Of a stretch of 64,000 nt of DNA, positions 49,042 through 61,576 are shown in pieces. Source of the DNA: Squalus acanthias (taxonomy: Eukaryota); NCBI GenBank assembly GCA_030390025.1, contig CM059432.1, positions 142,416,001 to 142,480,000 of the forward strand. Reading direction: 5' to 3'. Below the pieces are notes generated by a model. That model saw nothing but the letters and a program-made list of their open reading frames with translations, was not told the origin of the DNA and ran no database searches. Position 1 is the stretch's first letter. The number at the start of each line of letters is the position of its first letter. The position numbers were made by a program, and so were the translations under genes.

Positions 49042-51993
49042 TCATGTCCAAATTCCTGCCCGCTCCCCGTAACCCTTAATGCCCTTTACTTCTAGGAAAC
49101 TGTCTATTTCTGTTTTAAATTTAATTAATGTTGCAGCTTCTACAGCTTTTTGTGGCAGCATATTCCATGGACCTACCACCCTCTGAGTGAAGTAGTTCCT
49201 CCTCATCTCAGTTTTGAAAGAGCAGCCCCTTATTCTAAGACTATGTCCCCTAGTTCTAGTCTCACCTGTCATCGGGAACATCCTCCCCGCATCCACCCGA
49301 TCCAACCCCTTCACAATCTTATATGTTTCAATAAGATCGCCTCTCATTCTTCTGAACTCCAATGAGTAGAGTCCCAATCTACCCAACCTCTCCTCATATG
49401 ACCACCCCCTCATCCCCGGGATTAACCGAGTGAACCTTTTTTGCACTGCCTCGAGAGCAAGGATGTCTTTCCTTAAGTAAGGACACCAAAACTGTATGCA
49501 GTATTCCAGGTGCGGTCTCACCAATACCTTGTACAACTGAAGCAATACCTCCCTATTTTTATATTCTATCCCCCTAGCAATGAAAGCCAACATTCCATTT
49601 GCCTTCTTAATCACTTGCTGCACCTGCATACTAACCTTTTGAGTTTCGTGCACCAGGACCCCCAGATCCCTTTGCACTTCAGTACTCTCCAGTTTCTTGC
49701 CATTAAGATAATAAATTGCTCTAGGATTTTTCCTGCCAAAGTGCATCACCTCACACTTTCCAGTGTTGTATTCCATCTGCCAAATCTCTGCCCACTTACT
49801 TAGCCTGTCTATGTCCCCTTGCAGGTTTTTTATGTCCTCCTCACTCACTACTTTCCCTCCCATCTTTGTATCATCTGCAAATTTTGATATGTTACACTTG
49901 GTCCCTTCCTCCAAATCGTTAATATAGATTGTAAAGAGTTGGGGACCCAGCACTGACCCCTGTGGAACACCACTAGTTACTGATTGCCAGTCTGAGAATG
50001 AACCATTTATCCCAACTCTTTGCTTTCTGTTGGATAGCCAATCCTCTATCCATGCCAGAATATTACCCCCAATCCCGTGATTTTTTACCTTAAGCAATAA
50101 TCTTTTGTGTGGCACCTTGTCAAATGCCTTTTGGAAGTCTAAATACACTACGTCCACTGGTTCCCCTTTATCCACTCTATATGTTACTTCCTCAAAGAAC
50201 TCCAGCAAATTTGTCAAACATGACTTCCCCTTCGTAAAACCATGCTGACTTTGTCCTATTAAATTATGATTATCCAAATGTCCTGTTACTGTTTCCTTAA
50301 TAATGGACTCCAAAATTTTACCTACCACAGATGTTAGGCTAACCGGTCTATAGTTACCAGCCTTCTGTCTACTGCCCTTTTTAAATAAGGGTGTTACATT
50401 AGCAGTTTTCCAGTCTGCCGGGACCTCAGCGGAATCCAGGGAGTTTTGAAAAATTATTACCAATGCATCTACAATCCCTACCGCCACTTCCTTCAAGACT
50501 CTAGGATGTAAGCCATCAGGTCCAGGTGATTTATCCGCCTTGAGTCCCATTATTTTACCGAGTACCACTTCCTTAGTGATTTTGATCGTGTTTAGCTCCT
50601 CTCCCCCTATAGCCCCCTGTTTGTCCAGTGTTGGGATATTCTTAGTGTCCTCTACTGTAAAGACTGATACAAAATATTCATTCAGTGTTTTTGCCATCTC
50701 CATATTTCCCAACATTAATTTCCCGGTCTCATCCTCTAAGGGACCAACATTTACTTTAGCCACCCTTTTTCTTTTTATATAACTATAAAAACTCTTACTA
50801 TCTGTTTTTATATTTTTTGCTAATTTACTTTCATAATCTATCTTCCCTTTCTTAATCAATCTTTTTGTTATTTTTTGCTGCCTTTTAAAGTTTTCCCAAT
50901 CCTCTGTCCTCCCACTAGATTTCGCTACCTTATATGCCCTTGTTTTTAGTCGAATACTATCCTTAATTTCTTTATTTAGCCACGGATGACTGTCCTTTCT
51001 TTTACACCCTTTTCTTTTCAGTGGAATATATTTTTTTTGGAAGTTGTAAAATAACTCCTTGAATGTACACCACTGATCATGTGTCGTCTTACCCTTTAAT
51101 CTATTTTCCCAATCCACTCTACTCAATTCCGCTCGCATACCTTCATAGTCTCCTTTATTCAAGCTTAGCACGCTTGTTTGAGATCCAACCTTCTCACCCT
51201 CTAATTGAATATGGAATTCAACCATGTTATGGTCACTCATTCCAAGGGGATCCTTTACTAGGACATTTTTAATTAATCCTGTCTCGTTACACAGGACCAG
51301 ATCTAAGGTTGCTTGCCCCCTGGTCGGTTCAGTTACATACTGCTCAAGAAACCCATCCCTAATACACTCAATGAACTCATCCTCAAGGCAGCCCTGCCCC
51401 ATTTGATTTGTCCAATTAATATGATAGTTAAAATCCCCCATAATTATAGATGTTCCCTTATTACATGCCTCAACTATTTCCTGATTGATACTCCGTCCAA
51501 CAGAGTTGCAACTGTTCGGAGGCCTATAGACTACGCCCACTAGTGTTTTTTTCCCCTTATTATTCCTTATCTCCACCCAAACTGTTTCATTATCATGATT
51601 TTTTGACCCAATATCATTACTCTGTATTACAGTGATTCCTTCCTTTATTAACATAGCCACCCCACCTCCCCTTCCTTCCTGCCTGTCCTTCCTGATCGTT
51701 AAATAACCTGGTATGTTTAATTCCCAGGCATTGTCACCCTGCAGCCATGTTTCTGTAATGGCCACAATATCATAACCATATGTAGTTATTTGTGCCATTA
51801 ACTCGTCTATTTTGTTACAAATGCTACGTGCATTCAGATAGAGAACTTTCAAATATGCTTTGTGGCACTTAGTTCCAGCTTTTTCACTTTTTACCACTTT
51901 ACCTTTTACTCCACACACTCTGTCCCTTCCTGCCACGCTCTGATTAGTGATTCCCCTACTGCTACCTATGTCTATGACCCTCTCTGTTGTCAT
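49042..51993 (-). CDS. CR1 ORF2, uninterrupted APE endonuclease-reverse transcriptase, 983 aa
   Basis: NARS, ITETW, GDFN, SDH; KSPGPDG, YRPVSL, YLDFQKAFD, GVPQGS, FADD; no stops. Confidence 0.95.
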   Translation of the reverse strand: MTTERVIDIGSSRGITNQSVAGRDRVCGVKGKVVKSEKAGTKCHKAYLKVLYLNARSICNKIDELMAQITTYGYDIVAITETWLQGDNAWELNIPGYLTIRKDRQEGRGGGVAMLIKEGITVIQSNDIGSKNHDNETVWVEIRNNKGKKTLVGVVYRPPNSCNSVGRSINQEIVEACNKGTSIIMGDFNYHINWTNQMGQGCLEDEFIECIRDGFLEQYVTEPTRGQATLDLVLCNETGLIKNVLVKDPLGMSDHNMVEFHIQLEGEKVGSQTSVLSLNKGDYEGMRAELSRVDWENRLKGKTTHDQWCTFKELFYNFQKKYIPLKRKGCKRKDSHPWLNKEIKDSIRLKTRAYKVAKSSGRTEDWENFKRQQKITKRLIKKGKIDYESKLAKNIKTDSKSFYSYIKRKRVAKVNVGPLEDETGKLMLGNMEMAKTLNEYFVSVFTVEDTKNIPTLDKQGAIGGEELNTIKITKEVVLGKIMGLKADKSPGPDGLHPRVLKEVAVGIVDALVIIFQNSLDSAEVPADWKTANVTPLFKKGSRQKAGNYRPVSLTSVVGKILESIIKETVTGHLDNHNLIGQSQHGFTKGKSCLTNLLEFFEEVTYRVDKGEPVDVVYLDFQKAFDKVPHKRLLLKVKNHGIGGNILAWIEDWLSNRKQRVGINGSFSDWQSVTSGVPQGSVLGPQLFTIYINDLEEGTKCNISKFADDTKMGGKVVSEEDIKNLQGDIDRLSKWAEIWQMEYNTGKCEVMHFGRKNPRAIYYLNGKKLESTEVQRDLGVLVHETQKVSMQVQQVIKKANGMLAFIARGIEYKNREVLLQLYKVLVRPHLEYCIQFWCPYLRKDILALEAVQKRFTRLIPGMRGWSYEERLGRLGLYSLEFRRMRGDLIETYKIVKGLDRVDAGRMFPMTGETRTRGHSLRIRGCSFKTEMRRNYFTQRVVGPWNMLPQKAVEAATLIKFKTEIDSFLEVKGIKGYGERAGIWT

Positions 51994-52031
51994 TTTTATT
52001 TTTTGCTCTCTTGAAACCTCCCCCCCACTAA

Positions 52032-52722
52032 TTAGTTTAAAGTCCTCTCCACAGCCCTAGTTATTCGATTCGCCAGGACACTAGTCCCAGCACTGGCCAA
52101 GTGAAGTCCGTCCCAACGGAACAGCTCTCTCCTGCCCCAGTACTGGTGCCAGTGTCCCAAGAAGCAAAACCCATTTTTCCCACACCAGTCTTTGAGCCAT
52201 GCATTCAACTCCCTGATTTTATTTACCCTAGCCAAATTTGCTCGTGGCTCAGGTAGTAATCCAGAGATTATTACCCTCGAGGTTCTGCTTTTTAATTTGG
52301 CCCCTAGCTGCTCAAACTCCCTCAGCAGAACCTCTTTCCTTGTCCTATCTATGTCATTGGTACCAACATGGACCACGACAACTGGATCCTCCCCCTCCCA
52401 CTCCAAGTTTCTCTCCAGCCCAGAGGAGATGTCCTTAACCCTGGCACCGGGCAGGCAACACAGCCTTCGGGACTCTCGCTCTTGGCTGCAAAGAACCCTA
52501 TCTATCCCCCTAATGATACTATCCCCTATCACTACAACATTTCTTTTTACTCCCCCCACTTGAATGGCCCCCCTTACCACGGTGCTGTGGCCAGGTTGCT
52601 CATCCTCCCTGCAGTCCCCGCTCCTATCCACACAGGGAGTAAGAGCCTCGAACCTGTTGGACAGGAGCAAGGGCTGCGGCTCCTCCAACACTACCTCCTG
52701 GATCCCTGTACCTGCCTCACTC
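52032..52722 (-). CDS. CR1 ORF1 C-terminal part, SGNH/GDSL esterase-like
   Basis: SNRFEAL, VVIGDSIIR, CLPGA, HVGTND, DGLHL. The first ~15 aa of the listed ORF derive from the flanking SINE. Confidence 0.88.
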
Positions 52723-53648
52723 ATAATCCAGATTGATGCTCCCAGTGCAGTACTGAGGAAGTGCAGCACTGTTGGAGGTGCCGTCTTTTGGATAACACAT
52801 TAAACCGAGGCCCTGTCTGCCCTCTCCTGTCGACATAAAAAATCCCATGGCACTATTGGAAGAAGCGCAGGGGAGTTCTCCCCGGTTCCTGGCCAACAAT
52901 TGTCCCTCAACCAACATCACTAAAAAACAGATGATCTGGGCATTATCTCATTGCTGGTTGTAGGATCTTGCTGTGTTTCCACCATCTACAAGGCACAAGT
53001 CAGGAGTGTGATGGAATACTCTCCACTTGCCTGGATGAGTGCAGTGCCAACAACACTCAAGAAGCTCGACACCATCCAGGACAAAGCAGTCCGCTTGATT
53101 GGCACCCCATCCACCACCTTAAACATTCACTCCCTCCACCACCGGCGTACCGTAGCTGCAGTGCGTCCCATCTACAAGATGCACTGCAGCAACTCGCCAA
53201 GGCTTCTTCGGCAGCACCTCCCAAACCCGCGACCTCTTCCACCAAGAAGGACAAGGGCGGCAGGCGCATGAGAACACCGCCACCTCCCAGGTCCCCTCCA
53301 AGTCACACACCATCCTGACTTGGAAGTATATCGCCGTTCCTTCATCGTCGCTGGGTCAAAATCCTGGAACTCCCTCCCTAACAGCGCTGTGGGAGCACCT
53401 TCACCACACGGACTGCAGCGGTTCAAGAAGGTGGATCACCACCACCTTCTCAAGGGCAATTAGGGATGGGCAATAAATGCTGGCCTTGCCAGCGACGCCC
53501 ACATCCCATAAACAAATAAAAAAAAAATTGCCGCTTTTCCTACATTACAACAGTGACTACACTTCAGAAGTACTTCATTGGCTGTAAAGCGCTTTGGGAC
53601 ATCCTGAGGTGGTGAAAGGCGCTATAGAAATGCAAGTCTTTGTTTCTT
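52723..53648 (+). mobile_element. Remainder of the SacSINE1-type SINE, interrupted by a CR1-group LINE 3' part (52975-53527)
   Basis: SINE core to ~52974, then STIYKAQVRSVMEY..tail, then the SINE tail from ~53528. Confidence 0.85.
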
Positions 53649-53828
53649 TACATGATGAAAGTTTATATATTTATTCAAACTGGCAACAGTGAAATAACAC
53701 AATCAAACAGTGGTCTAAACTCTCTCCTCACTCACTGTGCTTAACCTTGTAACCCCACACATAGCTACCGCGCTCTTGCCTTGTGCCTGTTGTCAACGAT
53801 CCTATTGTCTTTCTTGACAACTGTAATT

Positions 53829-55506
53829 TGTAGAATTCGCAATATATCGCGATTTTATTAATAAGGAGAAAACACAGAGTTTCGTTCAAACAGCTTTTAT
53901 TTCAGCAGAATGCTGTCAGGTTTTCAAAGTGGACACAAGCAGCCTGTAAAATGGCCGCCGCACCTCGTGGCGGAACATTCTAGACTTTTCGACAGGCAGA
54001 CAAGATGGCGTTCCAATAAACATTTGTGCAAGATCGATTAAGATTCAGCACATTGAAGATAATACACGAGACATTATGGGTTTGCAGTATACACATAAAT
54101 ACTGAAATCGGTCTCTCAGGTACGAATGAAAGCTATTGTACCAAGTAATCAAGGGCCCATCCAAAGACATTAATATGTAAAATCCCAACGACTCTACGAT
54201 GAGAGAGCCGTTAGCGGGTAGTTACACAAGACACTTGGAAGCCCCAAAACCCCTCCAGGGAGAACACCGACCGATTTAACAATGGGAGAAATATTAACAG
54301 GTACTCAGGCATTTACGAGTAGCCCCGAAACCCATTAAAAACGGAGATCACCTATACAAGACATTTGAGCGCCAAACCCAAACAAAAGAAAAGGCATTAA
54401 GGTTGGGCGGGAAACGGAAGATTTTGTACTATAATTACAAGCTCCAACCGTCCATCTTTCTCTTATCCGATTGACTCTTATCCTCGTGGCTGCTCCTGTG
54501 TTCTTGACTCGCCGTCTTGTTCCTGCTTGCCTGGTGTCTCTTTTAAAAGACTGTTGAACTTTGTGATCCGTTCGGATCTACCTCGTGTCGTGTAACGAAG
54601 ACCTATGTTGGTAACTGGCATCGGAACCAAAGGCCCGAGAAGAGATGAGATGAGATGAGAAGAGACGAAGACCATACTTATCGCCACGGTCAGTAAGCCC
54701 CGACCGCGCCTGTAGGTCGAATTGACATTTTTCCTTGCCAGGAAGACTTCTTTGAACTTTAAAGAACGGACCCCGGAAGATTCTCCGTGAAGATATTGAC
54801 TGGTCTGTGAAACCCATCAGGGCAGTTCCTCATGACGGACACCGAGAGAATATTCTCGTAAGTGTTGACTGATATGTTTAAACCAACCAACACAGATCTT
54901 CATCACAACAGACGTTCCAGCCTGCTAGCCGGAGCAGAAGCAAGTAAACAAGTGGGGTCAGGAGACCCCCTGATCGACACGTGGGTGCTGCGGTGAAAAC
55001 ATCCGATCAGCTATTCGGAATTTCTCCGAGTTATCACGAGTGGTGAGCATGAGTCTCGAATCCTACGAATCTAGCTAGGACAGATATTGATAGGGGAGGG
55101 TTTAAGTATTAAGGATACTTGTAATGTGTGCCCTTATTTACGGTGTGTCGTTCGTTCCTCGTTTCCCTAGAATTAGCTATATAACTGTGTGTAAGATTGT
55201 ACTGTCATTAATCTGTGCTTATGACATGTATTTCGTAATCTTAAATATCATGCAATAAAGATTTTTCCATTTCGTACCATTCAACCGAGTCTACATGAGT
55301 TTCATCTCCATTACTGCTCTCGCATCTAAGTCCAGTGTCTAGAACCGTAAGGGCGAGTGATTCGAACCACTCACAGGTGTGTCTAGTGTTCCCAGACTGG
55401 CTGGAGACCAGAACAGGCAACAAGGCCTAAACCCGCACTGACATACAGGCTGCACAGAAGCCGCGCGAATCTCACAGGCTGAGAGACACGCACGCAAACC
55501 CTTACA
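53829..55506 (+). mobile_element. Solo LTR (1678 bp), second copy
   Basis: Colinear and highly similar to 36762-38437. TGTA...TACA termini. Flanks aatt / att, read as a 4-bp TSD with one base lost. Confidence 0.85.
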
Positions 55507-55679
55507 ATTAGGAATAAAACTTTTACCATTAGTATTATCATCTTGGGACATTTTACTCGATGAAAGGTGCAAATTGTTGTATAATAACTTCATATGTAGA
55601 AAGTGCTAATGTGAAATTTATATAAAAATACCTATCAAAACCATTATGGCCTCTGACCTTGCACCCAAAACATATTGTA

Positions 55680-56465
55680 GTAAGAAATAGGAGCAGGAGT
55701 CGGCCACTCGGCCCCTCGAGCCTGCTCCGCCATTCAATAAGATCATGGCTGATCTTCAACCTCAACTCCACTTTCCCATCCGAGCTCCATATCCCTCGAT
55801 TCCCCTAGAGATCAAAAATCTATCGATCTCAGCCTTGAATATACTCCTTGAATACAGCTCCGAAAGCTTGTAATTTTAAATAAATCTGTTGGACTATAAC
55901 CTGGTGTTGTACGACTTCTCATTTTTGTCCACCCCAGTCCAACACCGGCATCTCCGCATCTTGAATATACTCAACAACTCAGTATCCACAGCCGTCTGGG
56001 GCAGAGAATTCCAAAGATTCATAACCCTCTGAGTGAAGAAATTCCTCCTCATCTCAGTCTTAAATGGCTGACCCCTTATCATGAGACTATGCCCCCTGGT
56101 TCTAGACTCTCCAGCCAGTGGAAACAGCCTCTCAGCATCTACCCTGTCAAGCCCTCTCAATGAGATCACCTCTCATTCTTCTAAACTCCAGAGAGTATAG
56201 GCCCAAACTACTCAATCTCTCCTCACAGGACAACCCTCTCATCCCAGGAATCAATCTAGTGAACCTTTGTTGCACCGCCTCTAAGGCAAGTATATCCTTC
56301 CTTAGGTACGGAGACGAAAACTGTGCACAGTACTCCAGGTGTGGTCTCACCAAAGCCCTGTACAATTGTAGCAAGACTTCCTTACTCTTGTACTCCACCC
56401 CCTTGCAATAAAGGCCAACATGCCATTTGCCTTCCTAATTGGTTGCTGTACCTGCATGTTAACGT
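55680..56465 (-). mobile_element. CR1/HER1 3' fragment
   Basis: ORFs 55894-56169 and 56147-56398. Confidence 0.88.
55855..55959 (+). mobile_element. Penelope-like 3'-end fragment (same family as 2358-2479), truncated inside the hammerhead
   Basis: cagctccgaaagcttgta...ccggcatctccgca. 13-bp TSD cttgaatatactc at 55834-55846 and 55960-55972. Confidence 0.8.
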
Positions 56466-56719
56466 TTGTACCTCCATGTTAACTTATAATTGGACAGACT
56501 CTAACTGGGAGTTGATAGTACTCGCTTAGAATCCACAAACTAACGATCGCAAAGTTTCTGGAAAGTTCTATCCTATGCAAATATAATTGGTTATTTACAG
56601 GAATTTATTTGAAGTAACAGAGCAAAAACAGTGGAGATCAGTCAGTAAGACACTGAAAGGTATCAGAGAGGAAAGGAAATTAAGTGTGTCTACTTATTAA
56701 ATACAGTCCTTCTGAGCTA

Positions 56720-57193
56720 AAGAAAGAAAGACTTGCATTTCTATAGCGCCTGTCATGACCTCAGGAAATCCCAAAGTGCTTTACAGCCAATGAAGTACTT
56801 TTGAAGTGGAGTTGCTGTTGTAAATGCAGGAAGAGGAGCAGCCAATTTATGCACAGCAAGCTCCCACAAACAGCAATGTGATAATGACCAGGTAATCTGT
56901 TTTTAGTGATGTTGGATTGAGGGATAAATGTTGGCCCCAGGACACCAGGGAGAACTCCCCTGATCTTCTTCCAATACTGCCGTGGGATTTTTTTACATCC
57001 ACCTGACAGGGCAGACGGTGCCTTGGTTTAACATCTCACCTGAAAGACGGCACCTCCGATAGTGTAGCGCTCCCTCAGCACTGCACTGGTAGCATCAGCC
57101 TGGATTATGCGCTCGATTCTCTGGAGTGGGGCTTGAACCCACGACCTTCTGACTCAGAGGCGAGAGTGCTGCCCACTGAGCCACGGCTGACAC
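56720..57193 (-). mobile_element. SacSINE1/Deu-type SINE, full length
   Basis: Full reverse-complement copy. Confidence 0.88.
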
Positions 57194-58091
57194 CGTACTG
57201 AACCAAGTTGTGCTTGTCTAGCTGAGTAGGTCTTGGTCCATTGACATAACTGACGGCGGAGAATTTTGAAGGGATTCCTGGTGCTTCTGTAGACTGATGT
57301 GCAAGGGACTGTGACCTTTACAAAAATCAGGTGGTTGTCTCGGCGCGGTCAGCTGAACGGCCACGTCCCCCCGCGGCACCGCAGTCCTCAGACCGAGACA
57401 AGGAGAGTCAACGGATTCTCGCAACGCAATAGTGAGTGAAAGTGGAGCAAAAGTGGGACAAGGCTGAGCCCTGATGAAGGTGTTGCCATCAAGCGAATCC
57501 AGGCAGCTGACACGAGGAGTTATCTGCAACGACAGATCGCATGGTGGTGAAAGGACGGTGTCAGGGTTACGACCTTTCCATAGTTCAAATTCCAAGGGTC
57601 TGATTTGGAGGTCAATGTAAGTTGCTATGAATAAAAAGGAAAATATTGGAAACTTGGAATATAAACAGAAAATGCTGGCACTATCCGTCAGCAACTCTCA
57701 CAAGAAAAGGCAAGTTTTCATGTTTTGGGTGCGTGTCCTTCGTCAGAATTGCAACAGTGACTGAGGTAATGTTCCAGTTCCTGGAATGAATCGGTATTTG
57801 GTTTGTTTTTACTAAAGCTCATATCTGACGCAATCTTCCCGTGACCAAACCCTTGAGAGACTTTGATCTTCTTGTCAAAGCTTGCTTCAGACGGCAGAGG
57901 AATAAATGGGTGTGGGGGGACGAAAAGAATAGCACAGTTAGACCGTGTTGAGTCGTACTAGTGTGTGGACTCAGGCTCACAACAGTAGAAGGCTTGGCTA
58001 TCCCACTCCCGAAGGCCAATGCTCTCTAGTCGAGGGTCGAGTACTTGCAGTCACCGGTACTGTCACTGCCTAGTCTGGAATATCCACTTCA

Positions 58092-58470
58092 TCAACAACA
58101 ACTTGCATTTATATAGTACCTTTAACTTAGTAAAACATCCCAAGGCGCTTCACTGGAGTGTTATCAAACTAAATTTGACACCGAGCCGAAGGCGGAGATA
58201 TTAGGACAGGAGGTAGGTTTTAAGGAGCGTCTTTAAAGGAGGAGAGAGAGGTAGAGAGGCGGAGAGGTTTAGGGAGGGAATTCCAGAGTTTAGGGCCCAG
58301 GCAGCTGAAGGCACGGCCGCCAATGTTGGAGTGAAGGGAGTCGGGGACGCTCAAGAGGCCAGAATTGGAGGAACGCAGAAATCTCGGAGCGTTGTAGGGC
58401 TGGAGGAGGTTACGGAGGTAGGGAAGGGCAGGGCAATGGAGGGATTTGAATACAAGGATGAGAATTTTTG
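58092..58470 (-). mobile_element. L2 3' fragment
   Basis: Reverse complement of L2 3' sequence as at 15650-16050. Confidence 0.8.
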
Positions 58471-59117
58471 GGGTGTTGGCGGCAAGCTACTTGGGGCGGA
58501 GGTGGAAGGCTATGGTCTGTGGGACCTTATCCCAGTGCAATTCAGAGCATTTATTAAACAGCAGAAACAGGTGGGGGAAGGAAAGACCAGGGAAAGCTTT
58601 AACCTCACAGGAATTGCCCAGTAAAAATCTCTAATCTAGCGTAAGAGCTACCAGACCGAATTATTATCCAGTGTTTGTTACGAGGGGACGATTTTAACCC
58701 CTACCCACCCAGGTTACTTAACCGTCTGGAAGATGCCTGGATCCCACCGATCGCAATTATTACTCAGACTTCTGGACGGGCAGCTAAGTCACCTGCCCAA
58801 AGCCAACGAGGTCCTTTTGAAATATGTGTATCGGGGTCCCGTGAGGCTCCAAGTGCGATTTTAACTCTTATGTGGCTCTGTGTCGATTTTGAGAGTTTAT
58901 CGTAGAGTTATTTTGTGTTTTTTCACTGATTCTCATTTCTACTCCTGTCGATAGATCGCACTGCTGTCAATCCAAAACCCATGCTTGCACGATAGAAAAC
59001 AATTCTTTAGTATATTCTCAACTACATAACAGTGTCTGCACTTCAGGACTAATTCATTGTGTGAACTGCTTTGAGATGATTCTACCAGAAATGATCAGGA
59101 GCTTTATCAATAGATTT

Positions 59118-59290
59118 CCCCTTCTCCTTTTCCTCCTTCTCCCCTTCTCCCCTTCCCCTCTCTCCATTTCTCCCCTCATCACCCTCCCCTCTCCCATCAT
59201 TACCTTCCCCTCTTCCCATTTCTCCCTTCTTCTCCCTTCCCTCTCCCCATTTCTCCCCTCGTCACTCTCTCCTCTCCCCCCATCTCCCTT
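59118..59290. repeat. CT-rich low complexity
   Basis: Directly visible. Confidence 0.85.
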
Positions 59291-59739
59291 TTTAGCATTC
59301 AGTGGAGGACAGTCACAATGTTTATCTCCATTGAGCTGGACAAAGCCTTGTGTAAGAACTGAAATGTTTGGACCAGGTTGTTAGCGACTCCTCTTTGTCT
59401 TCTGTTCCTTTACTGCAGCATCCTCTTACAAAACTGCTGCAATCCCACCGGTCGGCTTGCTGCTCAAAGTGCTCTCCCTCAGAGCAGGAATTCTCTTGTG
59501 ACCTCAGAATATCTTCGGGATCCGAGTATTATTTAAGTACAAATAAATACCTCAGCCACATGCCCATTGTCCCTGTGTGTATCTAGGCAGCAAATGCTGA
59601 CAGAATGTTACAACATGCTGGGACCAAGTGAGTTTCATTCTGTCTTCACGCCCCCGTGCATACTGATCATAAGTTAGAGTTGGAAACCTTGACAGGATAG
59701 ATACCGAGAAACTATCTCCTCTGGAGGGGAACATCAAAG

Positions 59740-59995
59740 ACAACAACAACTTGCATTTATAGAGCGCAGTTAACGTAGCGAAACGCCCCAAGGCGTTTCA
59801 CAAGAGCGATATGAATAAAAACATTTTTGACACCGAGACACAGTAGGAGATGTCAGGACAGGCAACCAAAAGCTCGGTCAAAGAGGTCGGTTTTAAGGAG
59901 CGTCTTAAAGGAGGAGAGAGAGGTAGAGAGGTGGAGAGGTTTAGGGAGGGAATTCCAGAGCTTAGGGCCTGGACAGCTGAAAACACGGCCGCCGA
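59740..59995 (-). mobile_element. L2 3' end inserted in a CR1 3' remnant (+, ~59690-60272)
   Basis: (AAC)n tail. CR1 resumes at acaagggggacataatc. Confidence 0.75.
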
Positions 59996-60619
59996 TAGTC
60001 AAGCACAAGGGGACATAATCTTCAAATTAGAGTTAGGCCATTCAGGGGTGAAATCAGGAAGCACATTTTTCGCACAAAGGGTAATAGAAATCTGGAACTC
60101 ACTCCCCCAAAAGCCTTTGGGTGTTGGGACAATAGATAGATTTTTATTAAGTAAGGTTATCAGAGGATATGGAGCAAAGGCGGGTAAGTGGAGTTGAGGT
60201 GCAGATCAGCCCTGATCTAATAGAATGGTGGACCAGGCTCGAGGGGCTGAATGGCCTCCTCCTGTTCCTATGTTGTCTGATTTCCCCATCCTGAGCCCAA
60301 GAGTCCTGAGACCAATTATTAGCATTCCGATAGCCATTCCTCTAGATCAGCTAACTCAGCATAGAGTAGGGATTGAACTTGGGACTCGCCTGGTCAATGG
60401 GATTTCATTCCCATGGGGGTCAATGCATTTACCAATAGAGACATGGGAGAGCTGAAATCACCATTGCAATAGTAAGCTGTAAATAACTTATAATTTCATG
60501 ATTGTAACATTTAAATACAATGATTTGGAAGTCAAAGTGAAGTTATTCAATTTATAATTCTAGTTGACGAGGTCTTGAGAGAATTGCTAATACTTTGATA
60601 CTAAACCCCTGTTACTCTT

Positions 60620-61030
60620 TTCAAGCCCCACTCCAGAGACTTGAGCACATAATCCAGGCTGTCACTCCAGTGCAGTGCTGAGGGAGTGCGGCACTGTCAG
60701 AGGTGCCGTCTTTCGGATGAGACATTAAACCGAGGCCCCGTCTGCTCTCTCAGGTGGGCGTAAAAGATCCCATGACATTATTTGGAAGAAGAGATGGGGA
60801 GTTCTCCCTGGTGTCCTGGCCAATATTTATCCCACAACTAAAATCGCTAAAAACAGATGATATAGTCATTATCACATTGCTGTTTGTGGGAGCTTGCTGT
60901 GCACAAATTGGCTGCCAAGTTTCCCACATTACAACAGTGACTGCACTTCAAAAAGTACTTCATTGGCTGTAAAACACTTTGGGACGTGCTGAGGTTGTGA
61001 AAAGCGCTATAGAAATGCAAGTCTTTCATT
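60620..61030 (+). mobile_element. SacSINE1/Deu-type SINE
   Basis: Box B through tail. Confidence 0.85.
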
Positions 61031-61576
61031 CTATCTTGCCAAGTGTATTTTGGGTAAAATATACATTGAAAGATAAGTTCTCCAGAATCCCTCACTCCTT
61101 GTACCAAAGCTGAAGGCCCTAAAGAGCATGAACAAGTAGAGATTGATTCAACCATATTATTAGTTACAAATGTATAGCTCTGATTAAGCATAGAGCACAG
61201 TGGCGGTTAGGGCACTGAGCCCTGATAGACCCAGAAAGTATCTGGTTCAGGGCTGTTCTGTTGTCGAATAAAGGATGAGAGTCACTTTGCGCTCAGCAGT
61301 GCTGCCCACGGTGGTTGAATAGCCAGCTACGTTCTCGGTGGGAATTTCCTCTGGGGGTTGGTGGGGGTGGGGTTTTACCCCCGTTTGGGCGGTGTAAATT
61401 CGGCAGAAGATCGATGTTAACTCTGGGTAAACCGCGTGCAGCAGAGGGGGCGAGGGGTGGCGGGGGGATGGGGGGGGTGGGGGGGCGTGTACACGCCGGT
61501 CTCAGCCCATCTGGGAAACCGTGACACCGGGAGTTTGCGAGGCTCGCGCATTGACGGCAGCTGCCGGGGTGAGGCT

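Larger units (their letters stand above)
48803..52722 (-). mobile_element. Young CR1 LINE, 5'-truncated in ORF1, inserted in a SacSINE1-type SINE (head 48728-48802, remainder from ~52723)
   Basis: (cataagaa)n tail at 48803-48826. SINE consensus resumes at cataatccag. Confidence 0.95.

Noticed and set aside
36762..55506. One provirus bounded by the two LTRs
   Set aside because: The first LTR has its own ACGT TSD on both sides, the outer flanks do not match, and there is no PBS, PPT, gag or pol inside.
57471..57500. CTGATGA hammerhead-like start
   Set aside because: No GAAA core after stem II.
57218..57694. 158-aa minus-strand ORF; likewise 62472-62941
   Set aside because: No recognisable domain or supported splice structure; the first starts in a degenerate Penelope end.
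58683..58870. Additional GGG-ended MITE remnants (also ~23020-23226, ~26757-26942, ~61340-61570)
   Set aside because: Only one terminus or weak TIR pairing and no TSD; not delimitable by eye.
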